This document shows, piece by piece, positions 58,304 to 64,000 of a stretch of DNA of 64,000 bases (position 1 is the first letter of the stretch; each line of letters opens with the position of its first letter). The DNA lies in NCBI GenBank assembly GCA_963693365.1, contig CAVNZM010000011.1, positions 7,863,937 through 7,927,936 on the forward strand, written 5' to 3'. Source of the DNA: Amoebidium appalachense. Its lineage: Eukaryota; Protista; Ichthyosporea. Made by a program: the position numbers and the translations under genes. The notes below the pieces were generated by a model. That model had not been told where the DNA came from, made no database searches, and worked only from the letters and a program-made list of their open reading frames with translations.

Positions 58304-61243
58304 ATGCCCCCTAATTTTATTAAGGATTCCACAGCTATGCCACGTCATGTCTTTGCGGCCTCTTATTTGTTTCCTGTTCCGGCCATTTCTGTGCCGGACC
58401 GTTCTGGACAAGCCCGTCTACGGAGTCAAACGCAGTCGGCAACGTCTGTCTCACCGCCTGAAGGGGGTTGGTTACCTTGGCTAACCGTTGTCTTGGTGCC
58501 CTCAACGAGCTGTGGGCAGGCGGCCCTTGCCCTTTCCCGACCCGGTTAGTGAACAGTCACCACCATGCCCTGTGTTTCTAATTCAACAGATGGTGAAAGG
58601 CTATTATGAAAATAAATTTCTTCATATATAGCGAAAATTATAGTAGGCCATTGTGTTGTGGACCTTTGTCCTTAGGGCCAGCTACAATGCCATACGCGCG
58701 GGTGTCTACGACGCTCAGCCTGCGAGTAGTGTCTTGGCTGCGTTCCCCGCGGCCTACCCTGTATTGACAGGTTGGCTACCTCTCACGGCGGCAATTGCCA
58801 CTTTGCCGCCCCCTGGGGTTGGAGCCACAGTGGACGTGTTGCAGTTTTGGTCTCCTACACTGCAGCCGTTTTTGGCCAACTGCGACGGCGGCCTTCTCAA
58901 GCCTGTTCAGCCGACGCCTGCAGAGCTGCGCCGCATCCGACCGGCGCATCATGGTCCCAGTGGGGAATACGGTCCCCTGCTTTTTCGGCTTCAAGACTGC
59001 GGCATGGTGCACTATTTAGAGGCGAAAGAAAAACCACTGGCCATCAATGGGCTGTTTGGGGTCCCCAAAGACACCCAGAGCCCGCGTCATTTTTGACGGC
59101 CGCCGTGGCAACCTGTTCTTTGCCCGTGATCATCCTGCCCTCAAGGTGCACCTGCCCAACCCTGCCGATTTTGCCGATCTGTTGCTGGGACCTGAGGATT
59201 GCCTCTATTTTGGCAAGTCGGACATGGACAACCAGTTCCATCGTCTTCTTGCCCCTGAGTGGCTGTGGCGGTACTTCGGATTGCCGCCTGTGTCGTCGGA
59301 GGCTGTTGGCTTTTCTGGGCCCAACCGGCTTGTGTACCCGGCCCTCAAGACCGTGCCCATGGGCTGGGTGCATTCTGTGCTTGTGGCTGAAGACGTCCAT
59401 GGGCAGTTAGCTGACCGAGCCGGCATGCCCCGCATTGAGCGCCTCTGTGCGATAGTGCCGCGGCCTGTGGAGGCCACGCAGCATGCCCTGTATGTCGACG
59501 ACTGTGGCTGGGTCGGCACAGATGCCACGGCCATCAATCGTCAGCGTGAATCGTATCATGGCGTCACCGGCCCGGCTGGTCTTCCTTCGCTCTGGGATAT
59601 TGCACCCGTCTGGCGCTTCCTTGTGCCGTCTGGTGGCGGAAACCCAGGCCGTGTTGCGTCGTGGTGTCGTCACACAGCTCCGTTTGCAGCAGTTGCTTGG
59701 TGGTTGGGTGTGGGGCGGCACTGCTGCAGCGGCCGCTTTTGTCGGTTCTGAGTGCCGTCTACAGTTTTGTGGAGCAGCTGGGGGGTCGGGAACAGCCCCT
59801 TCCACCGCCCGTGAAGTGGGAGCTTCAGGCGATGTGTGCTTTGGCCCCTTTGATGCGTTGTGATTTGGGTTTTGGGTTTGCTAGCACCATGTTCTGCACT
59901 AATGCTTCCTTGTTGGGTGGTGCAGTGGTGTCCCGGGTGCTGCCAAACAGCGCTTCTCCGCCAACTGCTGCCTCACTGCAACCGGCGTGGCCACTACAGC
60001 CAGCTGTCTGGTCCCCTGCACGAGCCAAGCCCGTCAGCCCCCCGGCACCTATCCTGGCAGCTGTTGGTGGCCGGTGGACCACCAACATCAGTCATCGTTG
60101 GCGCCACTCCGACCACATCAACATTCTGGAGGAAGAAGCCTTGCTCCTGGGGCTCTGTCGATTAGGTCGATCTACGGCTGCCCGGGGCTCCCGCTACCTT
60201 TGGGGCCTTGATTCGACGGCTCTGCTTGGGGCTGTTGCTAAGGGTCGTTCAGCATCCCGACGCCTTAACCGTGTATGCCGCCAGGTGGCTGCCTACACGC
60301 TTACCCTCGACATTCGTTTGTATTGTGTGTGGCTGCCGTCAGCCCACAATCCTGCAGATGGTCCCTCGCGGTTTTCTGGCTGACCAGGCCATAAAGCCCC
60401 CAACCCTCAAGGCCTACCGGGATGCTGTTGTTGAGTTCCTGGATTGGTTGCCCCCTGGCACCGACACCAAGTCCCCCGCCGAACTGGACGACCTCCTGGT
60501 GGAGTATTTTGAGGAGTGTTATGCCATTGATCCATCGCGTGGCCAGCGTCAGCGCTGTGTCAACACAGCTGCCGGCATCAAGCATTTCATGCCACGCCTG
60601 GGTCCACACCTGCAGGCCGCCCAACGGAGCCTGCAGGGCTGGAACCGGCTTGTTCCAGCAAAGACCACGCCCCCGCTTCCGTTTTCATTGGTCCTCGTCA
60701 TTGGCCATCATTTGTATTCCAAAATTGGCCCCTTGTTTGGTATTGCTGTTTTGCTCTGATTTGAGTGTTATTTTCGTGTCAGTGAGCTGCTTATGCTCAC
60801 CCGTGCAGATCTTGTTTTGCCCGACGACCCCCTTCCCCACGACATGCCACCCGGTACAGGCGGCATCCGCCTGGCCGACACCAAGACCGGTCCAAATCAG
60901 TTTGTCCCCATCACCAATCCGTCCCTGTTGGCCATCCTGTCTTTCTGGTTCCGTGGTGCCCCCCCTTCTGCGCGGCTGTTTCCTTTCTCGTATGATGTTC
61001 TGCGTGCCAAGTTCCAAGCGGCATGTGACTCCCTCGGCCTCAACGAGTATGGGTTCCATCTTCCCAGTCTTCGCCATGGTGGTGCCTCGAGAGTCTACGT
61101 AGGGTGTTTCAGTAGAGACGATTGCTCTCCGTGGTCGGTGGAGATCGCATGCCTCCCTCCGCCGGTATGTGCAGGCCTTGCCCGGGCTGCAGCGCTGCGT
61201 CAGTCACCCACGGCATAGGTTCGCACCTTCCCGTGCCAGATAG
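58304..61243 (+). pseudogene. Disrupted RT/RNase H and YR of E5
   Basis: Multiple frameshifts and stops, one 82-bp insertion, short deletions. Confidence 0.88.
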
Positions 61244-62034
61244 GGAGTGGTGGAGCACACCTGTGCCTGCTTATGAGATTGATCCACAGGCACCGGCTCA
61301 TGTATCCCCCTGCTGGGGCTGATAAAGACGACGTTGGCAGAAGAATATTTAGTTTGTAAACATGTTTTCTTTGCAGGAGAATTAGATAGCCCCGTTGAAG
61401 TGAAATTGTGTGTTGCGAGTGTGCTGTAAACTTCGTAGTAGTATAACGTTGTCGGCCTTGGTGTGTTTGATGTGTGTGCAAAGTTTCAGGCTGCTAGCAG
61501 TTTTATTTAGAGAGCTGTAGCTATTTTTATGTTCTGTGGGATATGCCATATGGATATATTGATGAGTTTGAGTTATATCTAGTCCGAAATGGGCGGCAAT
61601 TGATTTGGTCTGTGTGATCTAGGGGTTTTAGCCACTTGTGAAGAATTTTCATTGGTTGATATGCAGCAAAAATTCCATTTTGGTAGATTTCATGGATTTG
61701 ATAGGTTCTAAGTCATTTCTTCATATTTCCATAGGCAAAAATGTGGGCCGCGCTATATAATGAGCTTGCGCGGCCCCAGGGAGGTCAGTTGCGGCGCTAC
61801 TGAGCGCGTTTAGGTCTCTTTAGGCCCAATTCTTTAGCTAAGTTTTTCCCACCCACCACACCCTTGCCTATTTAGGCACTAGGCTACGTTTTTTGAGCAT
61901 GTTCCTGTATAAAATTTGTCATTCTTTTCATTGCTCCTGTGGAGCACACCTGTGCCTGCTTGTGAGATTGATCCACAGGCACCGGCTCATGTATCCCCTT
62001 GCTGGGGCTGGTAAAGACGACGGTAGCATAAGAA

Positions 62035-63103
62035 GGGGCTGATCCCAACCCCCAGCTGCTCCACAAAACTGTAGACGGCACTCAGGACCGACAAAAGTGG
62101 CCGCTGCAGCAGTGCCGCCCACACCCAACCACAAAGCAACTGCTGCAAACGGAGCTGTGTGACGACACCACGACCCCACACGGCCTGGGTTTCCGCCACC
62201 AGTCGGCACAAGCAAGCACCAGACGGGCGCAATATCCCAGAGCGATGCATTTCCAAGCCTAGCAGCACCTTAGAGGACGACGAACAAGCAGCCACATTCT
62301 ACTTGATGTTGGAGGGAAGACCAGCCGGGCCGGTGATGCCATGATACGATTAACGCTGACGATTGATGGCGGTGGCATCTCTGCCGACCCAGCCACAGTC
62401 GTCCACATACAGGGCATGCTGCGTGGCCTCCACAGGCCGCGGCATTAGCGCACAGAGGCGCTCAATGCGGGGCATGCCGGCTTGGTCAGCCAACTGCCCA
62501 TGGACGTCTTGAGCCACAAGCACAGAATGCACCCAGCCCATGGGCACGGTCTTGACGGCCGGGTACACAAGCCGGTCGGGCCCAGAAAGGCAAACAACCT
62601 CCGAAGACACAGGCGGCAATCCGAACTACTGCCACAGCCACTCGGGGGCAAGAATACGATGGAACTGGCTGTCCATGTCCGACTTGCCAAAACAGAGGCA
62701 ATCCTCAGGTCCCAGCAACAGATCGGCAAAATCGGCAGGGTTGGGCAGGTGCACCTTGAGGGCAGGATGATCACGGGCAAAGAACAGGTTGCCACGGCGG
62801 CCGTCAAAAATGACGCGGGCTCTGGTGTCTTTGGGGACCCCAAACAGCCTATTGATGGCTAGTGGTGTTTCCTCCGCCTCGAAATAGTGCACCATGCCGC
62901 AGTCTTGAAGCCGAAGAAGCAGGGGACCGTATTCCCCACTGGGAACGTGATGCGCCGGTCGGATGCGGCGCAGCTCTGCATGCGTCGGCGGAACAGGCTT
63001 GAGAAGGCCGCCGTCGGGGTTGGCCAAAAACGGCTGCAGTGTAGGAGACAAAAACTGCAACACATCCACTGTGGCTCCAACCCCAGGGGATGGCAAAGCG
63101 GCA
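62035..63103 (-). pseudogene. RT part of the older minus-strand copy
   Basis: LFGVPKDTRARVIFD, VPMGW and LYVDD with stops. Confidence 0.87.
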
Positions 63104-63449
63104 TTCTTATGCCAACGTCGTCTTTACCAGCCCCAGCAAGGGGATACATGAGCCGTTGCCTGTGTATCAATCTCATAAGCAGGCACAGGTGTGCTCCACA
63201 GGAGCAATGAAAAGAATGACAAATGTCATACAGAAACATGCTCAAAAAACGTAGCCTAGTGCCTAAATAGGCAAAGGGTGTGGTGGGTGGGCAAAAACTT
63301 AGCTAAAAAATTGGGCCTAAAGAGACCTAAACGCGCTCAGTAGCGCCGCAACTGACCTCCCTGGGGCCGCGCAAGCTCATTATATAGCGCGGCCCACATT
63401 TTTGCCTATGGAAATATGAAGAAATGACTTAGAACCTATCAAATCCATT
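63104..63449 (-). mobile_element. 3' end (partial A2, spacer, B2) of another copy inserted in RT at gcaAA|tgccgc
   Basis: cataagAA is followed directly by RT sequence tgccgctttgcc; cut off at ~63449. Confidence 0.87.
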
Positions 63450-64000
63450 AAGGTGGAGTGGGGGGTCCAATCTGTGCCCCCGCCAAATCGATCACAGACC
63501 CCCCTGGACCAAGGAAAAGCGCACAGCTCGCACCTGCGGCTGAAATTTCCGTTCGCAAGGAAACTACGGCACCTCGACAGCGGCCGTGCGGTCCAGACTA
63601 TCGCCCTCGAAAAAAAAAAACTCAATTATAAACCCCCCCCTATATTCCTAAGCCAGCCGAGCTCCCCATACTTCATCTCTCCTGTGTGGGGACTTGGTCT
63701 TCTCGCCCATAAGTAAAACTGGTTTTTCAAAAAAATGATTATGTAGCATGCAAGATCAATGTTTTTGGTATTAGACGATCTTATACCAAAAAAATATTTA
63801 AGCTTATTTTTTGTGGTTTAAGGGGTGGTACCCTGGCTTCCGCTTGCAGTAATTACTATCTGTCTTCATTACATAGCCGCTAAACTGGTGTCAAGTCTCT
63901 TACCGAGCGGGTATAGAGGGACCCGAAAAGAGCAACTATGGTGATCTGTTCCTCCAGTCGTATGGCGCGATCTGAATGAGTAGCGTGGTTAGCTTCAAAT

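Larger units (their letters stand above)
56440..62034 (+). mobile_element. Full-length but decayed YR retrotransposon copy E5, nested in the RT gene of an older copy
   Basis: Both termini are present: gGAA|tatttag and cataaGAA|ggggctg. The flanks rejoin to the RT sequence cacgggcgggggaaggggctg. RT and YR carry stops and frameshifts. Confidence 0.93.

Overview
Eukaryotic, essentially gene-free repeat cluster. It is dominated by one family of tyrosine-recombinase (DIRS-order, Ngaro/PAT-like) retrotransposons of about 5.6 kb with split direct repeats: A1 - gag-like - RT/RNase H - YR - B1 - A2 - spacer - B2. One copy (3466-9084, minus) is full-length with all three ORFs intact. Several near-complete, tandem, solo and scrambled copies are also present, and many sit inside each other at short (G)AA crossover sites. 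The junctions reconstruct a four-level nest: old YR element > IS630-Tc1-mariner element with a long DD~99E (Sailor-like) transposase, TA target > YR element, GAA overlap > unclassified element with 13-bp CATCAGCAATCTT termini and a 2-bp AC duplication. The two halves of this nest now lie about 30 kb apart in opposite orientation, which implies an inversion. A segmental duplication with about 13.8 kb offset carries two arrays of a ~183-bp satellite with a 5-monomer (~916 bp) higher-order repeat. The satellite plus dense YR-element clustering suggests centromeric or pericentromeric heterochromatin (inference). No host protein-coding gene, tRNA or rRNA could be recognised. All coordinates were read by eye.
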